IMG/VR virus record: IMGVR_UViG_3300047564_002353
Coordinates: 38,000 to 101,999 of that record
DNA length: 64,000 nucleotides
Source of the DNA: a virus
Strand: one strand, 5' to 3'
The position numbers were made by a program, and so were the translations under genes. The notes below the pieces were generated by a model. That model searched no databases. It was not told the origin of the DNA and saw nothing but the letters and a program-made list of their open reading frames with translations. Below are positions 37,940 through 46,449 of the stretch, one piece after another; the stretch's first letter is position 1; every line of letters begins with the position of its first letter.

Positions 37940-38040
37940 ATTATAGCATCACTGCTCAAAAAGTCAACCAAAATATCCCTGATTCGCAAAAATACAACAC
38001 TATCTTTTTTGGTTGACAATTACTCTAGTTCGTGTATAAT
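37940..38040. promoter_or_regulatory. Divergent early promoters
   Basis: Minus TTGACT-16-TATAAT with TG extension (37967-37940); plus TTGACA-16-TATAAT with TG extension (from 38013). Confidence 0.8.
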
Positions 38041-38071
38041 CATGACTTAGTTAGACAATTAAGGAGCTGAT

Positions 38072-38230
38072 ATGTATTCACTAGCATTCAATGAACTACG
38101 TGTAAAGCGTCTGTTTCGTTTTAACGGCAATGACTATATTAAAAACAGTTCGCGCACGGCACGTATGCTATCTAATGGGCGTATCTTTTACATTGGGCAA
38201 GCGGACATTGTACACCCTATTGCCTGGTAA
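38072..38230 (+). CDS. Small early protein
   Basis: MYSLAFNELRVKRLFRFNGNDYIKNSSRTAR...; promoter and AAGGAG RBS. Confidence 0.7.
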   Translation: MYSLAFNELRVKRLFRFNGNDYIKNSSRTARMLSNGRIFYIGQADIVHPIAW

Positions 38231-38296
38231 TTAGTGGTTGACATTTTGGAACTTTGGCTGTATACTACACGGACACTAACAAATTAGGAGCTGAAC

Positions 38297-38653
38297 ATGG
38301 AACTTACTCAATCGTTGGTCAATCACATGGTACTTGAAGCTAAAGAGGCTGCATACGAGGCAGCTGACAATTACTTTAGACAGCGTCTGAATGGTGTGGA
38401 TCAGTATGCCTGTGGCTTTGCTTGGGTTAACCTTTGGGAACACAATGGCGTCAAGCTCAAGGGTAACACTAAACTGGGCAAGATGCTTAAGGCAGCTGGT
38501 GTGCGTCAGGACTATACTAAGGCCTTTCAGATCTGGAATCCAAGTGGTTTGAGTGTACAGAACGTGGACTGTAAAGAAGTAGGTGCACAGGCTGCGGCTG
38601 ACGTGTTCAAGAAGTATGGATTCACTGCCTACGCTGGTTCACGTTTGGATTGA
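38297..38653 (+). CDS. Early phage protein (ACGFAWV motif)
   Basis: Own promoter and RBS. Confidence 0.75.
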   Translation: MELTQSLVNHMVLEAKEAAYEAADNYFRQRLNGVDQYACGFAWVNLWEHNGVKLKGNTKLGKMLKAAGVRQDYTKAFQIWNPSGLSVQNVDCKEVGAQAAADVFKKYGFTAYAGSRLD

Positions 38654-38744
38654 TGTTGTAAGAATACAACGGTAGGATTTTGGTTGACAAAGCCTACCGT
38701 TGGTGCTATACTGTTGAAACTGTGTAAATGATAAGGAGCTGACA

Positions 38745-39005
38745 ATGCGTGAAGCAACCAATCGTATTTTGGAGCTGGTCGAAGAGGGCTTGCTGGACCG
38801 TGATACTGTGATCATGGCCTGCTTGAAGTATATGAGCGAGGACGATGTAGCCGATATGGCTCACGCCAACGAGTTCTTCCTGGACGAAGATGAAGACGAA
38901 GAAGACGAGGAGTGGGACTGCGATGACAGCGATGATGGTTATGCGCTGGCCTCAGCGGGTTTTGGCACTGACGAAGACTACGGTTACGCAGGAGACGAAT
39001 ACTAA
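38745..39005 (+). CDS. Acidic early protein
   Basis: Very acidic C-terminus; ALASAGFGTDEDYG. Confidence 0.75.
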   Translation: MREATNRILELVEEGLLDRDTVIMACLKYMSEDDVADMAHANEFFLDEDEDEEDEEWDCDDSDDGYALASAGFGTDEDYGYAGDEY

Positions 39006-39376
39006 TGCGACACTATACTGAGTTGGCTCGTTACGAGCGTGAGGGTTTTGACATCATTGTGGACAAGACCTGGGAAGATATCTACGTAGGCGATTGCTTT
39101 GACGATACTTGCTGGGACATCAAGGACATCTGTAACAAGATTGACTCTGGTTGCTTGGATTGGTTTATGCTTCGTGTACGTGTACTGGTAGACGGCTTGG
39201 AGCTGGGTTCGTCTTACTTGGGTGGTATGCTCTACGAAGATGCCAGTGAGTGCTTGATGGATGGTACTGCCGAGGATCAAATCTACTTGGCCATACAAGA
39301 AGCCAAAGCCCAGGTATGGCCCTTGATGCGTCGTTTACAAAGTATTAACGCTGATATGGAGGCCGCCTGTGGATAA
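39005..39376 (+). CDS. Early hypothetical protein
   Basis: Coupled ORF; ELGSSYLGG. Confidence 0.7.
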   Translation: MRHYTELARYEREGFDIIVDKTWEDIYVGDCFDDTCWDIKDICNKIDSGCLDWFMLRVRVLVDGLELGSSYLGGMLYEDASECLMDGTAEDQIYLAIQEAKAQVWPLMRRLQSINADMEAACG

Positions 39377-39527
39377 CTTTTTGGTTGACATTGAGTACGA
39401 TCCAGTATATAATAGTTTCATGGCTTGCTACTCCAATGGCGTAGTGATCCAGCTAGGAGCCACTAACTATCACGATGCGGTGTTAGAGGCAGATGGTATC
39501 GAACCTTATGAATACGAAGGAGCCTAA
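39369..39527 (+). CDS. Small early protein containing an embedded promoter
   Basis: GGAGG RBS, GTG start: MDNFLVDIEYDPVYNSFMACYSNGVVIQLGATNYHDAVLEAD... Confidence 0.55.
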   Translation: MDNFLVDIEYDPVYNSFMACYSNGVVIQLGATNYHDAVLEADGIEPYEYEGA

Positions 39528-39812
39528 ATGAACATTCAGACTATTAATACTGCCATCATCAACGGCACTTGGGCTAACGAGGATTTGATGAGCATGATGG
39601 ATGCTATCAAGTTCAAACGTAAATTGCTCACTGAGCGTACTAAGGCTCAGTTGCGTGTAGGTGACAATGTGAACTTCACTAGTACTAGGACAGGACAGAA
39701 TGTCACTGGTGTAGTCATCAAGATTGCTATCAAATATGTCACTGTGCGTACTGTACAGGGCCTGTGGAAGGTGCCTGCTAACATGTTAAACAAGGTAGAA
39801 GATTTTGCTTAA
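39528..39812 (+). CDS. Early protein with SH3/KOW-like C-terminus
   Basis: LRVGDNVNF...GVVIKI..KYVTV...WKVPANML. Confidence 0.7.
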   Translation: MNIQTINTAIINGTWANEDLMSMMDAIKFKRKLLTERTKAQLRVGDNVNFTSTRTGQNVTGVVIKIAIKYVTVRTVQGLWKVPANMLNKVEDFA

Positions 39813-40023
39813 TCGAATATTAGAATGGGTGGCCTGTGGGGTCACCCTAGTTGGAGCTGCACTAACAGCTCAAAATATCTATCCTTTGAACACTTTGTTC
39901 TTAGAGTTAGGTGCATTGATCTATATCATCTGGTGTATACGTATTCGTAGAATCAGTTTAATTCTGGTCAATGTGACTTTGTTTTTAATTTATTTGCCAC
40001 CCTTAATAAGGAACTTTACATAA
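39805..40023 (+). CDS. Small membrane protein
   Basis: Three hydrophobic segments, NIYPLN. Confidence 0.6.
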   Translation: MLNRILEWVACGVTLVGAALTAQNIYPLNTLFLELGALIYIIWCIRIRRISLILVNVTLFLIYLPPLIRNFT

Positions 40024-40214
40024 TGGAACGCCATCGATTTAATGTTTGTATTGAACGCCGTGATGCTAATGGTATGTGGAGCATCAACAGCAATGATAAC
40101 TTTGATACTATTGTAGAAGCTCGTACTGTTAACGACGCTGAACGTATGCTGATGTCGCAGTATGGACATGGTGGAAACACTGTGGTCCGTGCTAACTATC
40201 GCGGACAGGCCTAA
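40023..40214 (+). CDS. Early hypothetical protein
   Basis: VEA....DAERML.SQYG. Confidence 0.65.
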   Translation: MERHRFNVCIERRDANGMWSINSNDNFDTIVEARTVNDAERMLMSQYGHGGNTVVRANYRGQA

Positions 40215-40291
40215 TGACGCCTAATGTACCTAGGTGGCCCGAAGATCCCATGGACTACGAGCTGCCTCCACATACTGATTAGCAAGTTTGC

Positions 40292-40325
40292 AACGGTGTT
40301 GTTTTTATGCAACACCGTTTTTTTT
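40292..40325 (+). terminator. Intrinsic terminator overlapping a TGTTG-N8-CAACA site
   Basis: aacggtgttg/caacaccgtt stem followed by a T-run. Confidence 0.7.
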
Positions 40326-40389
40326 GGTTGACTTTTCGAGTTCGTGGTGCTATACTATTGAAACTGTGTAAAACAACAAGGAGAGCGAG

Positions 40390-40635
40390 ATGTCAAACTA
40401 TCCAAATATGTCGTACTGTATGTTCGAAAACACTCAACTGGCCATGGATCAGCTGGCTACCTTTCTGCAAGAAGCAGATCAGGATGACATGCTGGACATG
40501 AGTAAGAGCGAGCTTCGTGCAATGCGTGAGCTGGTGGGCTACTGCGAACAGTACCTGCGCTTGGTTGAGGACTTTGACGACCAGCGTCAGCAGATCCTGG
40601 ATGCTTGTGAAGATGACGAAATGGAGGAGTTCTAA
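40390..40635 (+). CDS. Early hypothetical protein
   Basis: NMSYCMFENT motif; own promoter. Confidence 0.75.
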   Translation: MSNYPNMSYCMFENTQLAMDQLATFLQEADQDDMLDMSKSELRAMRELVGYCEQYLRLVEDFDDQRQQILDACEDDEMEEF

Positions 40636-40892
40636 TGTATACCGTTGAAGTTTACAAACAGGATCGCCGTACCAAGTCGGGTGAGCGGCTGGTACACAAA
40701 GCAGACTATGACACTGACAACATCAGTCAGCTGGAGCATAGTGTAAAGCATACGTGGCGCAAGGGCTATCGTTATGAGATTCACCAAACCTATGTGACCC
40801 GCAAGAACATGATGAATGGGCAGGAGTTCCAAGAGCGTTATGATACGCCCTACTACTGCTCGCCTAGATCTGAAACTTATTGGAGTTCATAA
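40635..40892 (+). CDS. Early hypothetical protein
   Basis: KQDRRTKSGER; TPYYCSPRSETYWS. Confidence 0.75.
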   Translation: MYTVEVYKQDRRTKSGERLVHKADYDTDNISQLEHSVKHTWRKGYRYEIHQTYVTRKNMMNGQEFQERYDTPYYCSPRSETYWSS

Positions 40893-41092
40893 TGTTAACA
40901 CCTAAACAACTATGGTTATTCAATCAGCTGGGCGAGGACCCTGCACAAGAGAAAGATGTACGCCTAAATCATCGTTTGTGTGTAGAGCAGTTTGGAGCTG
41001 TTAAGAATTTTACAACATGGCTGACCAAGCGTCTGTACCGCAAGTGGGAGTCGGATCGTCGCAGAAATACAACACCTTATCTAGGAGACTAG
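40892..41092 (+). CDS. Early hypothetical protein
   Basis: GGAG RBS, MLTPKQL start, ends in TAG. Confidence 0.6.
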   Translation: MLTPKQLWLFNQLGEDPAQEKDVRLNHRLCVEQFGAVKNFTTWLTKRLYRKWESDRRRNTTPYLGD

Positions 41093-41273
41093 TATGTTAA
41101 AAATAGCAATAGGTATGGGCAGCATTGTTATGATGATTGCAACACTGATTACTGCTTTAGTAATAACTAGAATGTGTCTCAGTGCTGCACATCATTTTCT
41201 GCTGAAATAGGTTGACATTTGGGCACAGAGGTGCTATTATATACACACTTAGACAACAACGAAGGAGAGCGAA

Positions 41274-41702
41274 ATGGGTACAAGAGCATTGACGTTTGTT
41301 TATGATGGCGACAAGCCAATCCTCAATCTTTACCGCCAGTATGATGGCTACCCAACTGGGCACGGTGCTGAACTAGCACAATTCCTAGAGGGCTTTACCA
41401 TTGTCAACGGTATTGGTCGCGAGACTACCCGTGTGGCTAATGGCATGGGCTGCTTGGCTGCACAGGTTGTAGCACACTTCAAAGACAGCGTGGGCGGATT
41501 TTATATCCACAGCGTTGACAGTAAGGAGTGCGGTCAGGACTACGAGTACCATGTGTACCAAAAGGACAAGGAGCTGCGTGTTCGCATTACGGATCGTGGC
41601 TGCAATATGTTTGGGCTTACAATCAGTGACACTAACGCCAGCATCTTTGACGGCTCTGTTGCAGAGTTTGTAATGTTCTGCTCTGAGCCACAAGCGGCAT
41701 AA
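41274..41702 (+). CDS. Early hypothetical protein (MGTR...Y..YDGYP type)
   Basis: Own promoter, GAGAGCGAA RBS. Confidence 0.75.
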   Translation: MGTRALTFVYDGDKPILNLYRQYDGYPTGHGAELAQFLEGFTIVNGIGRETTRVANGMGCLAAQVVAHFKDSVGGFYIHSVDSKECGQDYEYHVYQKDKELRVRITDRGCNMFGLTISDTNASIFDGSVAEFVMFCSEPQAA

Positions 41703-41766
41703 ATTGGTTGACAAAGTGTAGGGCTGGTGTTATACTAGCTCTACACTAACAAAACAGGAGCACAAA

Positions 41767-42027
41767 ATGGCTAGATTTGCAATTGAGCAGTATGTGGATC
41801 AAAAGAATCAGTGGGCAGGCTTGTTTGGTGGTCGGAAGCTGAGCTTGCTGAACAAGGCGGACAGGCAGCGGATTGCTGACAGTTTGGATGCAGACCTCAG
41901 CCCAGAGAATTTGAGCTGTGATGGCGAACTGCCTCGTGCGGAGGTGCAGAAGCGTTATAACTTCCTCACCCGTGCTGCCAAAGAGTTGAAGAGCATTGAC
42001 CCTGCTGTTGAAATGTACGGATTCTAA
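41767..42027 (+). CDS. Early hypothetical protein
   Basis: LSPENLSCDGEL motif; own promoter. Confidence 0.75.
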   Translation: MARFAIEQYVDQKNQWAGLFGGRKLSLLNKADRQRIADSLDADLSPENLSCDGELPRAEVQKRYNFLTRAAKELKSIDPAVEMYGF

Positions 42028-42196
42028 GGAGCTAGAATGAACAGAGAAGGATTGAACAGAATCGATCTTACTATTAGTATTTGGGTCGATACGGATGAGT
42101 ATCAAGACATAATTGAAAACTTGGATTACGATATCCAGCATCCTGCGGTCAAGGATATGGAACTCGTTGACGTAAACTACGAATAAGGAGACTGAT

Positions 42197-42763
42197 ATGC
42201 CTAACTGGTGCGAAAACAGTGTTGTACTCAAGCACGAAGACCCTACATTCGTTGCTCGTGCTCGTGAATCATTTAATCGCGGCGAGCTGTTGAATGAATT
42301 CGTTCCTGTACCTAAGGACTTGCTTGAGGCTATGGCAGGCAGTTTTGGTGATGCGGATAAGCAGAAGGACTTGGAGATTCAAACTGCATACAATATCAAG
42401 AACTATGGTTACAGCAACTGGTATGACTTCTGTATTGCAGAGTGGGGGACCAAGTGGGATATAGGTGCTAATGGTCAGCCTGCACAGGATATCGAAGGTG
42501 GGCTGATGTTAAACTTTGAATCAGCATGGGCTCCTCCGATTGAAGCATATAGCAAGCTGAAGAGTATGGGTTTCTATATTGAGGCTTTTTACTATGAAGG
42601 TGGCATGGGATTCTGCGGTGCTTGGATGGATGGTGAGGATGAATACTATCAGATCGAAGGCAACAGCGAATGGGTAGAAGCCAACATACCCGAGTATATC
42701 GACGAGGCGTTTGGTATCTCTCAAAATATGGCAGAATGGGAAGAAGAAAATGCAGAAGAATAA
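42197..42763 (+). CDS. DUF1281/YubB ferredoxin-like protein
   Basis: MPNWCEN, NWYDFC..EWGTKWD, FESAWAPP, YYEGG..FCG. Confidence 0.75.
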   Translation: MPNWCENSVVLKHEDPTFVARARESFNRGELLNEFVPVPKDLLEAMAGSFGDADKQKDLEIQTAYNIKNYGYSNWYDFCIAEWGTKWDIGANGQPAQDIEGGLMLNFESAWAPPIEAYSKLKSMGFYIEAFYYEGGMGFCGAWMDGEDEYYQIEGNSEWVEANIPEYIDEAFGISQNMAEWEEENAEE

Positions 42764-42850
42764 ACCTGAGCAACAACGAGTACGTCCCAAGGAACCCAAT
42801 TGGGACTTCTCTGGGCTGGAAGCAGTAATTAGACTGTGGGCTAAATCAAA

Positions 42851-43084
42851 ATGAGTAAACTACAACTACTTCACCGTCCATGGGTAGTATTTGATCCTCA
42901 TAATACTAACCATAGAAAGTATTACTCGGACTTTACCAAATATTCAACGTGGGGTCGTTGCCCTGTTAGGTTCATTATGGATGACGACAGTAACGATTTA
43001 GTAACAATGATTCAGCGTAAATTGGTAGAGTATTATGTAGTCAAAGAGTTTAATTTGGACGAATATAATGCAAAAAAGGCTTGA
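42851..43084 (+). CDS. Hypothetical protein
   Basis: RPWVVFDP....HR....TWGRCPVRF. Confidence 0.65.
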   Translation: MSKLQLLHRPWVVFDPHNTNHRKYYSDFTKYSTWGRCPVRFIMDDDSNDLVTMIQRKLVEYYVVKEFNLDEYNAKKA

Positions 43085-43168
43085 CACCAAACCAAAAGCA
43101 TAGTATAATTTGAACTGTAGTAGCAATATTACTTGTTTTTCTTTTAACACACACATGGAGATGTAACA

Positions 43169-43522
43169 ATGGCAACTGATAAAACTTATACCGTAGCTGG
43201 TACTTCTAAACACAATGGTGGCTTCAAAGTTCGTTTCGCTAACGATTTGATGCGTACCAAGAACCTGACCAAGTCTGGTCACACTGATATTGTTTTGGTT
43301 GAGCTGCCCAAGGCCATGCTCAAGATTGATGCTGTGAACTATATTGCAACTCTTGATGAGTTCAGCAATGTTGGTTCTAAGTCAGCTATCATGGACTATC
43401 TGGATCGCAATGATGCAGAGCCTAAAGCTAAGGCAGGCCCCGCTGCTAAGGCCCCTACTAAGGCCAAGGCACCAGCTAAGGCCAAGGCTGCTGAGACTGT
43501 AGACGAAGACGCACCCTTTTAA
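43169..43522 (+). CDS. Small protein with Lys/Ala-rich tail, putative DNA-binding
   Basis: KVRFAND..R.K.L.K.GH.DI.L.ELP; AKAPAKAK tail. Confidence 0.7.
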   Translation: MATDKTYTVAGTSKHNGGFKVRFANDLMRTKNLTKSGHTDIVLVELPKAMLKIDAVNYIATLDEFSNVGSKSAIMDYLDRNDAEPKAKAGPAAKAPTKAKAPAKAKAAETVDEDAPF

Positions 43523-43535
43523 TCGCGTGTGAGGC

Positions 43536-43582
43536 CTCCGTATCGTATAAATAATTTCACTATGCGATACGGAGTTTCTTTT
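43536..43582 (+). promoter_or_regulatory. Hairpin containing the late promoter TATAAATA and sequestering ATG 43562
   Basis: ctccgtatcgtata/tatgcgatacggag 14-bp stem (one G-U pair), followed by tttcttttt. Confidence 0.7.
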
Positions 43583-43735
43583 TCAAACGATTATTTTGAA
43601 GGTGTGGTAGTAATACGTGACTTTCAAAGCGAACCCAAAGGCCGTGTATTGGCCATAATACCTAGAGAATCAAGACACGAGGCAGAACAGGAAGCACAAC
43701 GAATCTGCGACTTATTAAATAAATCCTTGCAATGA
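43562..43735 (+). CDS. Small late hypothetical protein
   Basis: ATG 8 nt after TATAAATA. Confidence 0.6.
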   Translation: MRYGVSFSNDYFEGVVVIRDFQSEPKGRVLAIIPRESRHEAEQEAQRICDLLNKSLQ

Positions 43736-43905
43736 AATTTGAATTATACGAAGTTTGGAGTGAGGACTCTGACTTAGTAGATACTACAAGCAGTCTAGTC
43801 GAAGCTAGAATACTTGCTCAACAAGCACTTGACGAAGGTGCAGAGTTTGTTGTAATATATAGAGAAACAGACGAAGGCGATCTTGAAGTAGTTGAAGAAA
43901 TGTAA
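43732..43905 (+). CDS. Small acidic protein
   Basis: MKFELYEVWSEDSDLVDTTSSLVEAR...; coupled to the upstream gene. Confidence 0.6.
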   Translation: MKFELYEVWSEDSDLVDTTSSLVEARILAQQALDEGAEFVVIYRETDEGDLEVVEEM

Positions 43906-43906
43906 T

Positions 43907-43993
43907 GCCCGGGTGGTGAAATAGGTAGACACAAGAGACTTAAAATCTCTCGCTCGAAAGGGCGTGCCGGTTCGATTCCGGCCTCGGGCACCA
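43907..43993 (+). tRNA. tRNA-Leu(UAA)
   Basis: GCCCGGG acceptor, AGAGA-CTTAAAA-TCTCT anticodon arm, long variable arm, GGTTCGATTCC, CCA. Confidence 0.95.
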
Positions 43994-44000
43994 CTAACAT

Positions 44001-44075
44001 CTGGCCGTAGGTAAATGGATATACCAGTAGCCTTCTAAGCTTCTATTCCAGGTTCGATTCCTGGCGGCCGGACCA
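44001..44075 (+). tRNA. tRNA-Arg(UCU)
   Basis: CTGGCCG/CGGCCGG acceptor, loop CTTCTAA, A20 in the D-loop, CCAGG-TTCGATT-CCTGG, CCA. Confidence 0.9.
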
Positions 44076-44201
44076 CTCCCTAGGTTAGTAAGCACTAACT
44101 TACAAATCCCTCCAAAACAGTTAACTATTAAAATTTTTGGTTGACTTTTTTACGCAAAGCTGTATAATACAAACACTTAAACAAAACAGCAGGAGCGTAA
44201 A

Positions 44202-44495
44202 ATGCGTGTAAAAAAAGCAACTAAAGCAGACGTAGCAACTATTGTAGCAATTATGCAAGCTGACTTAGCACGTTATGTGCAACTAACAAAAACAGTAGAC
44301 GCTGACGCAGACGACATTTACATAACAGAATTGCACTACGACGACATTGTGTACAATTACAATGCACTGTTGCAGTTTACGCAAGACAAAGACACAGTAA
44401 AATTGTGCGACGCACTAATTAAACAAGACACAATTGTGCGCGAGTTTTTTTATAAAACTGTACACTACGCAACAGACAATTATTTGTACTATTAA
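44202..44495 (+). CDS. Early protein lacking Gly, Pro, Ser and Trp
   Basis: Promoter and AGGAGCG RBS; gene has no TC, CC or GG dinucleotide. Confidence 0.75.
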   Translation: MRVKKATKADVATIVAIMQADLARYVQLTKTVDADADDIYITELHYDDIVYNYNALLQFTQDKDTVKLCDALIKQDTIVREFFYKTVHYATDNYLYY

Positions 44496-44565
44496 TTTTG
44501 GTTGACAAAGTGTGTATAGTGTGCTACTATACACACACTTAAACAAAACACATAGGAGCGAAACT

Positions 44566-44745
44566 ATGCAAACAACTAAACAACAACTATTTGCTAAATT
44601 AGCAGAAGTGCAAGACCTGCTACATAACAGCACTTGCGACAGCGAAACTTTTGCACAAAGCTTGCAAGCTGACATAGGCTGGGCTGCGGAGCTGGACATT
44701 GCACTGCGTACACTTACAGACAATATAGATTATTACGTGGACTAA
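44566..44745 (+). CDS. Small early protein
   Basis: Promoter 44502, AGGAGCGAAACTATG. Confidence 0.75.
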   Translation: MQTTKQQLFAKLAEVQDLLHNSTCDSETFAQSLQADIGWAAELDIALRTLTDNIDYYVD

Positions 44746-44807
44746 AAACGGTTGACAAAGTGTGTGTACTGTGCTATTATACACACACTAACACATAGGA
44801 GCGAGAA

Positions 44808-44972
44808 ATGGACGAAGCTAAAATTGAGCGGCTGGAACGTACACTGTGGGAGCTAGAGCAGCTGGCTAGTGAGCTGTTTGACATGGGCTACATTACACAG
44901 GGCAACATGATTTATGATGCTGTAGAAGCAATGGACATGGAATTGCAAGACGTAGTAGAGGGGAGAGCATAA
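44808..44972 (+). CDS. Small early protein
   Basis: Promoter 44752, AGGAGCGAGAAATG; MDEAKIERLERTLWELEQL. Confidence 0.7.
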   Translation: MDEAKIERLERTLWELEQLASELFDMGYITQGNMIYDAVEAMDMELQDVVEGRA

Positions 44973-45205
44973 TGTTGCTTAAATACCAAATTGAAGAACT
45001 GCTGGCCCTGGATGCTGACGGCCTTGCTAGAATTGCAAGAGCCAGTGGTTACAAAGATGCTAAGTTCACTGACTGCGAGTTTGTGGGCATTACTAACGGC
45101 GGCGAGTTTGCATATAAAGCAACATATTTTGAGGACGGTGCGTACGACTTTACAAAATTGTATGTTCGCCGTGACCCTGCTGGGAACTATGTAGCAGACT
45201 ACTAA
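44972..45205 (+). CDS. Small early protein
   Basis: FVGITNGGEFAY motif. Confidence 0.7.
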   Translation: MLLKYQIEELLALDADGLARIARASGYKDAKFTDCEFVGITNGGEFAYKATYFEDGAYDFTKLYVRRDPAGNYVADY

Positions 45206-45275
45206 CACAAAAAACGGTTGACATTTTGGACAGTTAGTGTATAATAGCTGCATACGTTAACAAAAAGGAGCCAAA

Positions 45276-45518
45276 ATGTTTGCTACTGCTAAAAACAACA
45301 CTGCTTACGCTAAACTGTCCTTTTGCAAAAAACTGCAATTGTTTAAAATGATCGTTGCTTTTAATGTAACGCAGCGTAATGCTAAGGGCAAACTGTTGTT
45401 TCCTGTGCAACAAAAGTGCAACTATGTTAGTGGTCACTTTGCGCTAGAGGACCTTGCTAAACAGTTAACTGTTGCGGAGCAGCATCTGCGTACAAATAAA
45501 ATACAAATTGTAGAATAA
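45276..45518 (+). CDS. Small early protein
   Basis: Promoter 45218 and AGGAG RBS. Confidence 0.7.
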   Translation: MFATAKNNTAYAKLSFCKKLQLFKMIVAFNVTQRNAKGKLLFPVQQKCNYVSGHFALEDLAKQLTVAEQHLRTNKIQIVE

Positions 45519-45731
45519 TTTTGGTTGACAGTATAGCACCTTTGTGCTATACTGTGTTTTTAGTTAGGAGCGTTTATGTACACATTATATTTTTATAACA
45601 GTGGCGGGGAACGTGAGACGCATGGCTCGCACCCTACACTGGAAGCAGCTCAAGCAGTTCAAGCTCAAATGCAGGAAGAATTTGGCGACGATGATTCGCG
45701 TTTTGAGATTGTAGTTACCTAGGAGCGTCTA

Positions 45732-45947
45732 ATGACAGAACTAAAAGATATGCAGGGCCGTGTAATCTCAGTAGGTGATCAGGTGGCCTTTGTGGGCTAT
45801 CACAATTCCAACACATTGACAATTGGTGTTGTAAAAAAGCTACATCGCGTTCGTGCAGAAGTAGAGTACAAGAGTTTGTGGTCAAATAAGTCTAAAGAGA
45901 TCCTTAACACACGGGGATTGGTCAAGATTGAAAAGGAGTTTGCATAA
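45732..45947 (+). CDS. Small SH3-like early protein
   Basis: KDMQGRVISVGDQVAF. Confidence 0.7.
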   Translation: MTELKDMQGRVISVGDQVAFVGYHNSNTLTIGVVKKLHRVRAEVEYKSLWSNKSKEILNTRGLVKIEKEFA

Positions 45948-46153
45948 TGAATATTCTAGAACAGTTTGAAGAGTTGGGCAACAGAGCCAGCTTCCACTTT
46001 GCAGATGACAGTGGTAGAGAGTTTGACTCAGGTTTTGCTCGCCAGCGTGAAGCAGAAGCCTTGTTCGTTCAGCATCCCGAGCTGCGTGAGGAAATGACAG
46101 CAATCTCTAAGAGATTTTTGTGGACATTAAAGATTGACAAATTGGTTAGTTGA
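45947..46153 (+). CDS. Small early protein
   Basis: FADDSGRE motif. Confidence 0.65.
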   Translation: MNILEQFEELGNRASFHFADDSGREFDSGFARQREAEALFVQHPELREEMTAISKRFLWTLKIDKLVS

Positions 46154-46194
46154 CTGTATAATATACACATACACTAACAAAACAGGAGCGAACT

Positions 46195-46446
46195 ATGTTT
46201 AAATTAGATGAGCCGCGTGAAGTACATTTCCAAGGCAAAACGTACACTACATGGCACGGTAGCCCATTTGACCGTGGCAGTGCAGACAGCTGGTACAGCC
46301 GCAGTGCTAAACCACACTGGTACCCCGAAGGCACTGGGCGTGGTGAGATTGTAACAGAAGAGCGCATGAGCTTGGCGGAAATTGAAGCATACTTCGCTGG
46401 CTATGACCACAATGAGCGGTTTGGTGGTAAGAAGAGCTGGGACTGA
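46195..46446 (+). CDS. Early protein (HG.PFDRG.AD.WY type)
   Basis: Promoter 46134, AGGAGCGAACTATG. Confidence 0.75.
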   Translation: MFKLDEPREVHFQGKTYTTWHGSPFDRGSADSWYSRSAKPHWYPEGTGRGEIVTEERMSLAEIEAYFAGYDHNERFGGKKSWD

Positions 46447-46449
46447 ATT

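Noticed and set aside
43818-44000. Minus-strand ORF MLVVPEAGIEPARP
   Set aside because: Antisense shadow of tRNA-Leu
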